64,000 nt of DNA from assembly GCA_963777605.1 (NCBI GenBank), contig CAVZRV010000010.1:96001-160000 (forward strand), in the 5' to 3' direction. Source of the DNA: an uncultured Acidobacteriota bacterium (lineage in GTDB: Bacteria; Acidobacteriota; UBA6911; RPQK01; JAPXNP01). The notes beneath the pieces were generated by a model, which was given only the letters and a program-made list of their open reading frames with translations, did no database searches and had not been told where the DNA came from. Below are positions 38,286 through 49,554 of the stretch, piece after piece; position 1 is the first letter of the stretch; the number at the start of each line of letters is the position of its first letter. The translations under genes and the position numbers were made by a program.

Positions 38286-39545
38286 TCAATGGCCCGGCGT
38301 CGGGGGAGCTTCATGGGGAATTCGGGATCGGAGGTCCCCCAGCCATTCCCACAAGACACGTTGCTCAAGGTCGATCCTGGCGGTCGCCAGGGTGCCGTTT
38401 TGAGTCGTTTGTGCGACCGGTTTCCCCTCGAGATTCCATATCCCGCTGGGCGAATCGAAACTCGATGTCACGAGGTAAACCTGATTCTCAATAGCCCGGG
38501 CGGGAAACAGTGCATCGATCCCTCCCCAAATCGGCAGCAGAATGATCTCTGCCCCCTGTTCGGCAAGCCTGCGGGCTCCTTCCGGAAACTGAATATCCCA
38601 GCAGATCAGGATTCCGACCCGGCCAAAGTCGGTATCGAACACCGGGAAATCGACCCCGGGGGTCAACCCACCTTCGATCTCTTCCCTGGGAAGGCTTACC
38701 TTTCGGTAACGCCCTTCCACTTCGCCGTTCCGGCCGATCAGCACCGCCGTGTTATAAAACGTCGCCCCGTCTTTCTCGACCAACCCCGCGACAATGTAGG
38801 CATGGTTCTTTCGGGCCAGTTTCCCAAGGAAGTCGGTGCTCGGCCCGGGCACCGTCTCGGCGATTTCCAGGTAACTCTTGCCCGTTCCGACCATGGTGCT
38901 TCCCTCCGGCAGCAGGACCAAGTCGGCGCCTTCTTTTCCAGCCTTCTCAATGTACTCTCCAAATAATCGAAGGTTTTCCTCCGGACCGGACGAATTCTTC
39001 GGTCTGAAGTTCACGGCGGAAATGACAACAGGTCGGCTTGGAGTGTCTGTAACCGGCCCGAAGGTCAGGTTGCGCCACTCCACCCGCCCATTTTTGTCCC
39101 AACGGAGGTTCAGTTCCACAACCGCCGTGACCGCACCCTTTGGTGCGTGCACGACGTCGCTCAACCGGCTCCAGGTCTCTCGGGCGTCTTTCGGGAACCT
39201 CGGGTAGTCGGGATAGCCGACCCTCCTGCCTGCCTTGTCCAGCCAGTCCACCTTGACGACCACTGAACGACCAGAATGTTCGATGTCCCAAGTGCGGTAA
39301 TCGACCGTGCAACGGTAGAGTCCGTCTTCCTCGGCAGCAAACCTGTGCCTCCACGACCCATCGACACGCCGATCACCGAAACCCTGCAACCAGAAAACGT
39401 CCCGCCCCTGGTCAAATCCGCTCTCCGGTGCCAGCGCCGGCCGTTGGGAGTAGACATCCCAGCCGTCCGGAGTCTGGCCGGAAAGTACCGACACTGAAAG
39501 AAGCCCCAGCAATAGCCCAGCAACCCACCGCAGATTCACCGACAC
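38286..39545 (-). CDS. Secreted carbon-nitrogen hydrolase with an extra N-terminal beta-domain
   Basis: Catalytic triad LLPEG / YRKV / ICWD, ARAIENQ; signal peptide. Confidence 0.9.
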   Translation of the reverse strand: MSVNLRWVAGLLLGLLSVSVLSGQTPDGWDVYSQRPALAPESGFDQGRDVFWLQGFGDRRVDGSWRHRFAAEEDGLYRCTVDYRTWDIEHSGRSVVVKVDWLDKAGRRVGYPDYPRFPKDARETWSRLSDVVHAPKGAVTAVVELNLRWDKNGRVEWRNLTFGPVTDTPSRPVVISAVNFRPKNSSGPEENLRLFGEYIEKAGKEGADLVLLPEGSTMVGTGKSYLEIAETVPGPSTDFLGKLARKNHAYIVAGLVEKDGATFYNTAVLIGRNGEVEGRYRKVSLPREEIEGGLTPGVDFPVFDTDFGRVGILICWDIQFPEGARRLAEQGAEIILLPIWGGIDALFPARAIENQVYLVTSSFDSPSGIWNLEGKPVAQTTQNGTLATARIDLEQRVLWEWLGDLRSRIPHEAPPTPGH

Positions 39546-39712
39546 ACCCTCCCTGATTTACCGGCTCTCCTGGCACCCTGCAACCTTCACACGATCCTAA
39601 GCCGACCGGAGCCGTGGATCAAGGGATTCGTGAAAAGGAGACTTCAGAATGCAGTCACTCTGACTCACGGGCCCACATGGTAACGGAGATTGAAAGGGGG
39701 GAACGAAAACTG

Positions 39713-39740
39713 AAAAGGCCGTCCTGTCGGGCGGCCTTTC
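39713..39740 (-). terminator. Rho-independent terminator
   Basis: Minus strand GAAAGGCCGCCC-GACA-GGACGGCCTTTT downstream of the 39769 stop. Confidence 0.7.
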
Positions 39741-39768
39741 GAGGAGTTTAAGGATGGAGTTTCGATTA

Positions 39769-40188
39769 TCAGGAGCGCTTTTGGAAAGTGCCCATCACGC
39801 GCCGTGTGTGATGCTCAACCTTGGCCAGGTCAACAGCCTTCAAAGGAACATCCCAGCCTTCGGTGTTTCCCTCGATCTCAATTCCGGAGAGATAGTGCTG
39901 GCCGGCGACGTCTTCAAACCTCAGGGCGGTGTTCTTGGCAGGGTTGAGGGTTTCGGACTGCTCTGTCACGAAGACGGCCTCATGCGTGCCATCGGCACTG
40001 CGGATGACCCATTCACTTGCTGCACTGGAGAGTTCTTCGGCCTCATACTTGCCCGCCGGGAGGACCTTCTGGTCCACCTTGAACGAAAAGGGAATATTGG
40101 TCTGGACTAGCCTGTCTGTATCTCCAGCAAAGAGCGCGAAAACCGACGTTGCGAAGATCACTGCGACAATCAACAAGTTCTTTCTCAT
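39769..40188 (-). CDS. Small secreted hypothetical protein (IPFxF...LPAGxY family)
   Basis: GGAGG RBS, signal peptide, NIPFSFKVDQKVLPAGKY, LRFEDVAGQHYLSGI. Confidence 0.85.
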   Translation of the reverse strand: MRKNLLIVAVIFATSVFALFAGDTDRLVQTNIPFSFKVDQKVLPAGKYEAEELSSAASEWVIRSADGTHEAVFVTEQSETLNPAKNTALRFEDVAGQHYLSGIEIEGNTEGWDVPLKAVDLAKVEHHTRRVMGTFQKRS

Positions 40189-40250
40189 TTTAGGTTCCTC
40201 CTTAATTGGAAGTTCGTTGTATTTATTAGCCCGTTCACGTCTTCCAATCA

Positions 40251-40296
40251 AGCAAGGGACGTGCCAATCCAGAAAGAACTCGGTAACCCGTTGATT
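40251..40296 (-). promoter_or_regulatory. Sigma54 promoter with adjacent IHF-like site
   Basis: Minus strand TGGCAC-GTCCC-TTGCT (40266-40251) and AATCAA-CGGG-TTA (40296-40284), matching WATCAA-N4-TTR. Confidence 0.85.
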
Positions 40297-40428
40297 TCAA
40301 ATGCCCTGCGCACAAATCAGCAATCAAACGGCGCAGAAGAGGTGTGGCCTTTTTGAGGCCAACTTCAAAACTGCCCCACCCTTTCGGCGCTGAAACCCCG
40401 GGGTGCGGAGACACCCCTTTCGTGACAC

Positions 40429-40983
40429 CTAGTAGGGACGAATCCGGCGGAGTTCCTCGATCTGGAAGACTCCGACGTCGATCCCCTCGGCAGCCGGGTC
40501 AAGCGGATTCAAGCCGACGGGGTAGAGATATGCGTGGAGAGTCCCCAGCATGACGTCCGGATCGGTTGTGCTGATCCTGCCGTTGAGAACCACCTTGAAG
40601 GTTCCCTCGAAACCGTTCGAACCTTCGGCCGAGAGGTTCATCCAGACGAAGACGGCCCGCATGGTTCCCAGACCGGTTGTAACCCAACTCCCGTGAGCCG
40701 TAGCGTGCGGGTGGGTCAACTCATGGGAATCGTTGGCGATGACGTTTCCGTCAGCGAAAAAGGTCGGGGTCATGATCACTTCTGGAAAAGGAGACGTTTC
40801 GGGGCTTAATGGAATGGCTTTTCCATACCAGGAACCGATGCAGACCGGGCCGGCAGCCAACCCCGGCATGTACTGTGCCGACGGCTTGACATTTACGGAA
40901 ACCCGGTCACCCGCACCGAAAACTGCAATCGCCAGAACAAGAACTATCCCAACCAAGACGAGATATGAACGCTTCGACCCCAT
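40429..40983 (-). CDS. Secreted hypothetical beta-rich protein
   Basis: GGAGGTG RBS, signal peptide, GSW motifs. Confidence 0.75.
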   Translation of the reverse strand: MGSKRSYLVLVGIVLVLAIAVFGAGDRVSVNVKPSAQYMPGLAAGPVCIGSWYGKAIPLSPETSPFPEVIMTPTFFADGNVIANDSHELTHPHATAHGSWVTTGLGTMRAVFVWMNLSAEGSNGFEGTFKVVLNGRISTTDPDVMLGTLHAYLYPVGLNPLDPAAEGIDVGVFQIEELRRIRPY

Positions 40984-41296
40984 GACTTCACCTCCTGTCC
41001 CCAATGATGAAGGGACGGTTAAAGATACCTTCCGAATGATTTCAGGCTAACAAAAATCCTCAACTTAGCAATCCCTTAAGTTGATATTTTCAAGTCCTCC
41101 GCCTTGCCCGCTGCATTGGAGCCCCGGCTCTATTACACGGGGCTGACGGCAAAGGCAACCGTTCGTGATCCGGGAGGCGAATCACGCATTCTGCCCCTGG
41201 ACCGAGAGTTCCAGGCCAAAGTTCACGTTGAAATTCCAGCTCAAAGTTTCACCTGGCTCTCGATTGGAGATACCTTCGCCAGAGTAGAATCGGCCC

Positions 41297-41733
41297 ATGA
41301 GAAAAACACTTTTGTTCGTGGCCGTTCTGCTCTCGGTGTCGCTGGTTACCTACGGCTCAGGATGAGGCAGCGGTCCGACAGGCCGAAGCTCAATTGGGCC
41401 AAGGCGGCCGTCGCGAACGACTTCGATGCCCTGGAGTCGATTTTCGCCGACGACCTTTATTACTCGCACTCCGATTTCCACGTCGACACCAAACGTAGCT
41501 ACATCGACGCCCTGAAATCAGGCAAGTCACGCTACTACGCGGTCGATGCCGAATCCACCCGGGTGCAGGTTCTGGATGACCGGACTGCTTTGGCCATGAC
41601 GGTTGCTGTCTATGTCACCAAGGCCGCCGACGGGAGCCGCCAGACTTCCAATCTGAAAACACTTCACGTGTTTCGAAAGAACAATGGGCGCTGGCAATTG
41701 ACCGCACACCAATCCGCGCGAAAACCTGATTGA
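41297..41733 (+). CDS. NTF2-like / DUF4440 secreted protein with two apparent indels near the 5' end
   Basis: MRKTLLFVAVLLSVSLV / AQDEAAVRQAE / LNWAKAAVANDFDAL...YYSHS...GRWQLTAHQS in successive frames. Confidence 0.75.
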
Positions 41734-41825
41734 CGGACGTCTGGCACCGACAGCAGGGAACACGATTCGGCGTGGTGCCCGGCTTCGCTGTTTGAGTTCT
41801 GTTTCTCACGTTCTACAATCGGTTT

Positions 41826-44253
41826 ATGAACACTCGCCTTGCCCGTCCATGCGGGGTCCTTCTGGTTGTTGTCTGTTTGCTTGGTCTGCTTTACGTCTCA
41901 GCGGCGGTTTCCGCCTCGGAACCGGTTGACTCTTCCTCGAAATGGGAAATCATCGGTCCCGGCGGCGGAGGCGCCCAATACATCCCCACCATCAATCCGT
42001 CCGATCCCGACCATGTCATGGTGCGCTGCGACATGACCGGCGCCTATCTCACCGAAGACGGCGGCGAGAGCTGGAGGATGTTCAACCTCCGTTCCGTTGT
42101 CCGGGACTTCGAATTTGATCCCCTCGATCCCGACACCGTCTATGCCGCCGGCACCGCCCTGTACCGGTCCTCGGACCGGGGACGCACCTGGATGCTTCTC
42201 TACCCGGACCCGGCCGATCTCGTTGGGGAGGTCATGAGGGGAGACCACGCCTCGCAGGCGTTTCGAACGCGGGACGGCGTCCTCCAATTGGACGTTTCAC
42301 AGGTGCGGGTCGATCCCGCAAATACCGACGTAATCTTTATGGGACTCAGGAAGGGGCCCGGCTCCAATCAAGTCGTCGAGTTGCTTCAGTCGACGGATCG
42401 CGGATTCAGCTGGACTGAACTGGCGGAACTCCCCGGACGGGAGGTGCTTGGGATCTTTCCGGGCTCCTGGACTTCCCGGCCCGACGAGATCACGGTTGTC
42501 ACCGACCGCTCGGTCTCCCGGGTCAGCACCCGGGACCGGTCGGTCTCTCAACTGCCCGCGCCGGCGACAAACCTCACAAACGTAGCCGGTGGGATCGCAC
42601 CGGGCGGATCGATCCTCTACCTGCTCGCCGGGGACAACGAGCGCGGCCGGCGTCCCGGTTCCAGCCTCTTTCGCTCCCGCGACCAGGGAGAGAGTTGGAA
42701 GGAAGTTTCGATCGTCCCGGTCCTTGCCGGGGTACCCGATTCCCTTCCCGCTTCCGGATTGGAATCTCTGGCAGCCAGTGAGGGAAAAGGCATGGTGGCC
42801 TATCTTTCCGTCAGGGAGGCGAGAACGATGGAATCGCGGCTTTCCCCAGCGCCGTTCCGGGATCCTCAGGACTGAGGATGGAGGCCAGTCGTGGAAGTGG
42901 GTCCTGTGTGTTTCGGGCGGCTCCATTCTGACGGAAAACTTCACTGGAGGATGGCTCTACCGCCAGCTTGGCTGGCTCGGAAATCCCTCTCATCTCGGTG
43001 TGAGTGCAAGCGATCCGAATGTCGTCTACGCTACCGACTCGGGCCGTACAATGAAGAGTGAAGACGGCGGGGAGAGCTGGAAGCAACTGATCAGCAGAGA
43101 CTTCCCCGATGGGGCTTCAACGACCCGAGGACTTGACGTTACGACGACATACGGCGTCCATTTTGACCCTTACGATCCACAACACCTGTTTATTACCTAT
43201 ACCGACATCGGTCTTTTCCACTCCGTTGACGGGGGACAGTCATGGACGGAAGCGATTGCCGGAATTCCCCGCCAATGGCGCAACACCTGCTACTGGCTGG
43301 AATTCGATCCCGCCGTCAGGGGGCGCATTTTCTCGGTCTGGTCCAACGTTCACGACCTGCCACGTCCGAAGATGTACCGATCCGGTAACCTGGTTAACGG
43401 AAACCAGCAGGGCGGCGTCGCGGTCTCGGGCGACGGCGGACGCTGGTGGGAATTGTTGAATCGCGGGATCCTTCAGCCCGACGGTTCGAACGCGCAGGGA
43501 ATGCGCGCCGGGGCGGTCTGCACTCACATCGTTCTCGATCCGGAAAGCCCGGCTAATTCGCGTACGCTGTACGTTACCGACTACGGCTACGGCGTCTGGA
43601 AGAGTACCGACGCGGGACGCACCTGGGCTCTCAAGAATCGCGGTCTTGACTCGAAGAATCTCTACTGCTGGCGAATCACCCGTCTGCCTTCCGGTCGACT
43701 CATCCTGCTCGTGGCGAGAGGCGGCATTGAAGGCCAGGAGGTAATTCCCGGAGCGCTCTACTCGAGTACAGACGGTGGAGAACTCTGGAATCCGCTCCCG
43801 CTTCCACCAGGCGTTACCGCCCCTAACGACCTCGTCTACGATCCGACCGACCCAGATCGACTCTACCTCAGTTGCTGGCCGCTGGCCGTCAACGGTGCCG
43901 AGAAAGGGGGCGGACTGCTGCGATCAGAAGACGGAGGCACGACCTGGGAACGGGTATTCCCCGAAGGGATGCACGTCTATGCTGCAGCCGTCAGCCCGGC
44001 GGACCCAAAAACGGTATTTCTCAACACATTTGAAGGGGCAGCCTACCGAAGTGACGATCGGGGAGAATCCTGGACGCGACTCGGAGGATATGACTTCAAG
44101 TGGGGCCACCGTCCCGTCCCCGATCCTCTGGACCCGTCTCGAATCTACCTGACGACTTTTGGGGGCAGTGTCTTCCGGGGACCAAGCACGGGAGATCCGC
44201 GAGCGAGACCGACCATCTTGAACATCCCGCCGTCGCCCTGGAATCTTCCGTAA
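41826..44253 (+). CDS. Secreted BNR/Asp-box beta-propeller protein (GH74/sortilin-like), frameshifted near 42820-42850
   Basis: Many SxDxGxTW repeats in both consecutive ORFs; IGPGGGG and CDMTGAY. Confidence 0.85.
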
Positions 44254-44277
44254 ATCAATAATCCGCTCGGCCCCAGG

Positions 44278-45552
44278 TTAAACGGTACTGGGGTCCACGA
44301 CCCGGCCCATGAAGAGCATCGCGCCGGTGGCCCGGTCATAGATTACGAAGAGGAACGGGCGATCGATTCGAATCGTTGGAGGCATCGAAGTGACCCCCAT
44401 CGTGATTCCGGTGGCGGCAGCCGCCTCGGTGCCCCGCTCATTCACATCGATATAAGCTCCTTGAAAAACCCTTTGTATAAAGAGATCGGCCTGGTCCGAG
44501 ATTCCCGAAAAATCGGCCCGTTCAGGATTGAACGCCAGCGCCATTCCCATTTGCTTCAGAGCCCCGGACAACTCCAGGTCACTCTTGATCCTGAATCGCG
44601 GCATGCTGAGTTCGATATACGTCGATTCCAACCTGCTGAGGCGCTCCCGAAACCAATCCGAGGATATCGTCCGGCTCATCTCCGGGAAGTCCTCCATGCG
44701 CGAGGGGAGAAAGACCGCCATCGCAATCCTCTCGCCACGATAAGGAAGGTCCACGACCGTCCCATCTTCTGACGATTCAACCCGGTAAGCTCCGGTCCGC
44801 CGCATGAAAGGCACCTGAACGGTGTCGCCGCCGAGCCTGAGAAAATCACCCGGACGGGTGGCCCTTTCGTCAAAGGGATCCTTCCAGGTGCCCAGGAAAT
44901 AGATGGCATTGGTCAAAACCAGGCGGGTGTCCCGATTCAGGCTACCTGGAGGCAACAGTGGGTCGATCTTTCCTCCTGTCCGTTCTGCTGTCCAACGGTT
45001 GATCTGGTTCCTCGCATCGTCGAACTCCGAGGCAAAATCGAGCGGGTTCAAATCGGCATCGAACTCGCGCTTCAGGAGAGAAACGAAGTCGACCTTCAAC
45101 TGGAGCCCCTCCTGGACCCAGAGGGCATTCGCAATCTCGAGAGCAATATCTCCTGACTCCGAGGCTTGTCCCAGGGAGTCGAACAGGTTGTGGACAGCGC
45201 CGGCGATCACTTCAGAATCCGCGGCCTGCTCCTTCTCCTCGCCAGGTGCCAGAACCGAGGTCATTTCCGCCCTGGTTTTCCCATCCGCTCCGGCAGCGGT
45301 CATTGCGAGCGCGGCGTACACGCTGAAGGGCGAGCTGACGCTATCTTTATCGGTAGTTCCGGTGCGCTGAAAGAGTTCGATTGCAAACCGGTTCACGGCG
45401 TCACCGATGTTCAAAGCTGGTGGTTTTCCAGCCGGGTCCTGGCCGGTTGTACCCGGTCCCGGTGTCAGGGCGGCGCCGACCTCCGGTCGCTGACACCCCA
45501 ACATAAGGATGCTTATCAGAATCAGGGAGAGTGGATTATATAATTCGATCAC
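44278..45552 (-). CDS. Serpin, probable lipoprotein
   Basis: SPFSV, INRW, LTNAIYFLGTW, VNERGTEAAAAT, DRPFLFVI, LFMGRV; lipobox MLGC. Confidence 0.95.
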   Translation of the reverse strand: MIELYNPLSLILISILMLGCQRPEVGAALTPGPGTTGQDPAGKPPALNIGDAVNRFAIELFQRTGTTDKDSVSSPFSVYAALAMTAAGADGKTRAEMTSVLAPGEEKEQAADSEVIAGAVHNLFDSLGQASESGDIALEIANALWVQEGLQLKVDFVSLLKREFDADLNPLDFASEFDDARNQINRWTAERTGGKIDPLLPPGSLNRDTRLVLTNAIYFLGTWKDPFDERATRPGDFLRLGGDTVQVPFMRRTGAYRVESSEDGTVVDLPYRGERIAMAVFLPSRMEDFPEMSRTISSDWFRERLSRLESTYIELSMPRFRIKSDLELSGALKQMGMALAFNPERADFSGISDQADLFIQRVFQGAYIDVNERGTEAAAATGITMGVTSMPPTIRIDRPFLFVIYDRATGAMLFMGRVVDPSTV

Positions 45553-45672
45553 GGCGAGACCTCCTCGGTCCTTAGCTTGCTGACTATTATTGCATCGAGA
45601 GGAAGCGGGGATGAAACGGATATTCGAGTTCCCGCTGCCGGAAATACGAACTCAACGATCGGATCAAACAAC

Positions 45673-45888
45673 ATGCCTGAATGGGTGAGGTCTTACGTTA
45701 CCGCGGCGAGCCTGATCCTGCTCCTGTCCGGGTCGGGAGTTGCCGCCGAGACAGTGTCGGAAGTTCCCAATCCCCGCATCACGAGGGGCTCATACGTCGA
45801 GGATTCTGCCGGCGTTCTCGGAACTGACTACGCTTCCCTAATTAATCAGGTCTCCTCGGGGATCGTGATCTGCCGTAGTCAATGCTAA
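45673..45888 (+). pseudogene. Truncated N-terminus of a TPM-domain protein
   Basis: Signal peptide then TVSEVPNPR...YVEDSAGVL, stopping after 71 aa. Confidence 0.55.
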
Positions 45889-45897
45889 GCTGATTGA

Positions 45898-48800
45898 ATG
45901 CCCAATTTCACAACGCCCGGCTTCCCGGTACCGTCCCGCTCCCGACACCGCATTCTGATGTGCGCGTCGATTGTTTTTGCCGCCCTCGTTGCAACGGCCG
46001 CGCTTGCCGGAAACGCGACGCAGGTCAGCGTCGAGGTCGGCCAAATCACCGTCCCGACTTACACGTTCGGTGAGGCTCCGAACACCGCACCGCTGTTTGA
46101 AGTCGGGAATGGCAAAGGGATCTATCCTTACGGGCCACTCGATCGCGACAGCTTGAGTGCCAGCCCGCAGCCGATAAGCTACCAGTCGATCACGATCGAG
46201 AACGATTACCTCCGGGTCGTGTTTCTACCCGAACTGGGCGGGCGAATCTGGTCCGCGTGGGACAAGCAGACCCAACGCAACCTGTTCTATACCGACTCCG
46301 TCATCAAGCCGAGCGCCTACAACCAGAGGGGTGGATGGCCCGTTGGGAACCTCGAGGTCTACGGGCCGTTCGATGCCCACATGCTGACCTGGCCTGGCGA
46401 GCCATGGCCCTGGACGATCCAGCACCATTCGGACGGGAGTGCCACCGTGATCCTGTCCCATATCGACCATTTCTTCCGGGACAAACTGTTCATGGAGGTC
46501 ACGCTTCGTCCTGGTCGTTCGTTTGTCGAGCTCACCCTTCGCCTCCACAATCGGAACCAGCTTCCAAACCGGTATCTTCTCTGGACCAACGCCGGGATTC
46601 CAGCCACTGAGGGCACCCGCTTTGTTTATCCAATGACCCGCACGATCGGGCACGACACGGAAGACTTCGGTTCCTGGCCGGTATACCGCGGGGTCGATCT
46701 CAGCTGGTACCGCAACAACAAGACTATGCTGGGTGTCTTCGGGTTGGACGTCTATGATGACTTCCTTGCCGCCTACGACTACACTGCCGACCACGGTACG
46801 GTCTGCGCCAAGAACCACCAGATTGCACGAGGAATCAAGACCTGGACGTGGGGAACCGGACAGACCGGAATGCGCCACCTGGAAAGCTATGCCGATTCCG
46901 GTCTGCCCTACATCGAAGTCCAGAGCGGTCGTTTCGTCTGGGACGGCAACTACGAGTTCATTGCACCTGGCGAAAGCGACGGATGGACCGAGTACTGGTA
47001 TGGGGCCAGCGGCCTCGGAGGGCTGACCACGGCTACCCCAGACCTGGCCGTCCGCCTGGCGACCGGTCCAGACGGCGTCGAAGCCGTCCTGTTGCCAACC
47101 GGGGACTTCTCCGATGCGTCGTTCTCCTGGGCTCCCGACGGGAGGCCAGAGTATGCCACCGAGCCGATCAACCTCCGGGCCGGCCAGCCTCTTCGAAAAC
47201 TGGTCCCCGTTGAGACATCCGGGCAAGTCAAGAGCATCCGGGTGCGAGTTACTTCAGGTGACGCGACCCTGCTCGACTATCGCTTCAACCTGGACGGCGA
47301 ACCTCCGAAGGGCGAATTTGCAGCCGATGCCATCCCGCGGGATTTTGGTCCCTCCGACTCCCTGACGCTCGAAGAACTATACCTGAAGGGGCTCACCGAG
47401 GAGAAACTCGGCCGCGCAGACCGTGCCGAGGCGGCGTACCGGGAAGCTCTCCAGCGGGATCCATTGTATGTTGCGCCCAACCTCCGCCTTGGATTGATAG
47501 CCCTGTCCCGGTTCCAGGAAGAAGAGGCTCTCAAGTTCTTCAACCAGGCCCTCGATCGGGCCCCTTCCGACAGCGAACTCCACTACCTGATCGGAGTCAC
47601 CCTGACCCGAATGGGCCGGGACGAAGACGCCCGCGAACACTTTTACCGAGTGATCCCTTCGGCAGCCCAGTTCGATCAGCGCGACTTCAACCTGGGACTG
47701 ATCGCCCTCCGAAAGGGTGACGTCGGCCAGGCCCTGGGCCTCCTCCAGACCGCTGCCAAGCGGCTGCCGGAACAGTCATCGGCCCAACAGGCGTATGCCT
47801 TTTCCCTTCGAAGAGAGGACCGCCGCACTGAAGCTGAGCCGGTCATCGCCCGCCTGGTGTCAGCAGATCCAACAAGTGCATTTGCGGCCGCAGAACTGGG
47901 CTTTTGGGACTCCTGGCCCGAGGCCCGGGTCGAGGCCCTGGATCAGGTGCTGGCAAGCCATCCGCAGGGTTACCTCGAACTCGCCACCGAATACATGAAA
48001 CTTGGTGCCTGGAAAGAAGTCCAATTCCTGGCCGACCTGGCAATTCGGGCTGCCTCCCGTAATGGAGGGTCCCCCTACCCGATCCTGCTCTATTATCGGG
48101 CCGACGCACTCGATCACCTTGGAGAGACCGACCAAGCCAGGGCGCTGCTGGCTGACGCCTCCAGGACTGACGTGAAGATCAGTTTTTTCCCGTTCCGTCG
48201 GGAGACCGTCTCGGTACTGGAGGCTTGCCTCGAACTCCTCCCCCGCGATTCAAACGCGGCCTCCTTACTGGGCGACCTCTACTACTCGCGGCAGCGGCAC
48301 GACGAGGCGATCAAATTGTGGGAGGCCGCCGCCGATTGGAATCCGGCCCACTTCTCCTCACTTCGGAACCTGGGCTGGGCATTCCTTGCCCGCGGAGATT
48401 CGGAACGCGCCGTGGGATTCCTGGAACGTGCACTCCAGGTCCGGCCCGACCACCTCGAGACCGCCACAAGCCTCACCCAGCTTTACGCACGGCTGGGCAA
48501 AACCGACCAGGCGCTTGCCGTGATTGAGCAGTTGAACATCCGCAACCCGAAGAACGACCAGGTTGTCGAACTCACGGCCCGGATTCGTGCCCTGGCCGGT
48601 GACGTCAACGGATCTCTTTCTCTGCTGAACGATCACCAGTTTGGCATCCGTCATCAGTCCTATTCCCTGCTTCATCTCTACCAGAGCGTACAGCTTCTCA
48701 AGTCAGTTGAGGAATTCCGGAAAGGGGCGATCCAGGAGGCCCTCCTTCACGTCGATGCCGCCGCCCACGTTCCCGCCAACCTGGGGGTTGACGACTTCGC

Positions 48801-49221
48801 TGCATTGAAGAGCAGCCGGCTGCTTGCCTTCCGGGCGCTTCTGCTCGAGGCGTCCGGGGACCGAGACCGGTCATTGGAGGCCTGGAATGCCGCCGCCGAA
48901 ACGGTGGACCAGGACTTCGACGGCGAAGGACTTTTCCGAGCCATTGCCCTCGCTCACATCGGCAAGCGGGAAAGTGCGGCCCGGTGGTTTACTGAATTCG
49001 AGCAGGTCAATCCGACAAGGCAGAAGGACAACGACGCCGCCGTTCGCATCCACGCTACTTACCTCGCGGGCATCTACGCAATCTACCGCGGGGAATCCCG
49101 GAAAGGCCTTGAGGGCTTCAATCGAGCCCTCGACGGTGACGCATCCGATATGATGGTGAGACATGCAATAGCTGCCTTTGACGCCGGGATCCTTTCCGGA
49201 CTGCCGCTTCCCACGCGCTAG
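45898..49221 (+). CDS. DUF5107 domain + TPR repeat protein (YphG-like), exported
   Basis: IENDYLRVVFLPELGGRI, WTNAG, KTWTWG, YIEVQSG, WTEYWY, followed by TPR helices. Confidence 0.88.
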   Translation: MPNFTTPGFPVPSRSRHRILMCASIVFAALVATAALAGNATQVSVEVGQITVPTYTFGEAPNTAPLFEVGNGKGIYPYGPLDRDSLSASPQPISYQSITIENDYLRVVFLPELGGRIWSAWDKQTQRNLFYTDSVIKPSAYNQRGGWPVGNLEVYGPFDAHMLTWPGEPWPWTIQHHSDGSATVILSHIDHFFRDKLFMEVTLRPGRSFVELTLRLHNRNQLPNRYLLWTNAGIPATEGTRFVYPMTRTIGHDTEDFGSWPVYRGVDLSWYRNNKTMLGVFGLDVYDDFLAAYDYTADHGTVCAKNHQIARGIKTWTWGTGQTGMRHLESYADSGLPYIEVQSGRFVWDGNYEFIAPGESDGWTEYWYGASGLGGLTTATPDLAVRLATGPDGVEAVLLPTGDFSDASFSWAPDGRPEYATEPINLRAGQPLRKLVPVETSGQVKSIRVRVTSGDATLLDYRFNLDGEPPKGEFAADAIPRDFGPSDSLTLEELYLKGLTEEKLGRADRAEAAYREALQRDPLYVAPNLRLGLIALSRFQEEEALKFFNQALDRAPSDSELHYLIGVTLTRMGRDEDAREHFYRVIPSAAQFDQRDFNLGLIALRKGDVGQALGLLQTAAKRLPEQSSAQQAYAFSLRREDRRTEAEPVIARLVSADPTSAFAAAELGFWDSWPEARVEALDQVLASHPQGYLELATEYMKLGAWKEVQFLADLAIRAASRNGGSPYPILLYYRADALDHLGETDQARALLADASRTDVKISFFPFRRETVSVLEACLELLPRDSNAASLLGDLYYSRQRHDEAIKLWEAAADWNPAHFSSLRNLGWAFLARGDSERAVGFLERALQVRPDHLETATSLTQLYARLGKTDQALAVIEQLNIRNPKNDQVVELTARIRALAGDVNGSLSLLNDHQFGIRHQSYSLLHLYQSVQLLKSVEEFRKGAIQEALLHVDAAAHVPANLGVDDFAALKSSRLLAFRALLLEASGDRDRSLEAWNAAAETVDQDFDGEGLFRAIALAHIGKRESAARWFTEFEQVNPTRQKDNDAAVRIHATYLAGIYAIYRGESRKGLEGFNRALDGDASDMMVRHAIAAFDAGILSGLPLPTR

Positions 49222-49418
49222 AAAGCGACTCCACCCGCCGAGTCGATCTGGGTCCAAGCCGGGTCGAATTGACCCGGCAGCGGGGAATTTTTTCCCTGCC
49301 CGCCGAAATCTCGGCATTGCTCCCTTTCGGCTTCACATCCCATTTTCCGCCCGAATTTGCCCTTCGCAACCTGCAATTGTTGCAAGTATGCAAATTTTCC
49401 ATCCTTCCAGGCCCTGAT

Positions 49419-49434
49419 TGGCACCTTGTATGCA
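49419..49434 (+). promoter_or_regulatory. Sigma54 -24/-12 promoter of the cytochrome operon
   Basis: TGGCAC-CTTGT-ATGCA; palindromes TGCAA-TTG-TTGCA (49372-49384) and GCCGAAATCTCGGC upstream. Confidence 0.72.
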
Positions 49435-49554
49435 TAACACGGCAGCACTTTAGATTTTCGTCAATGAAATGACTGGGGACTACCTGTGGCGTTAGGTGGC
49501 TGTTGCCTTTCCTGTGGCAGTCTCCAAACGGACACAGTTGCTTATGAGGAGTTT

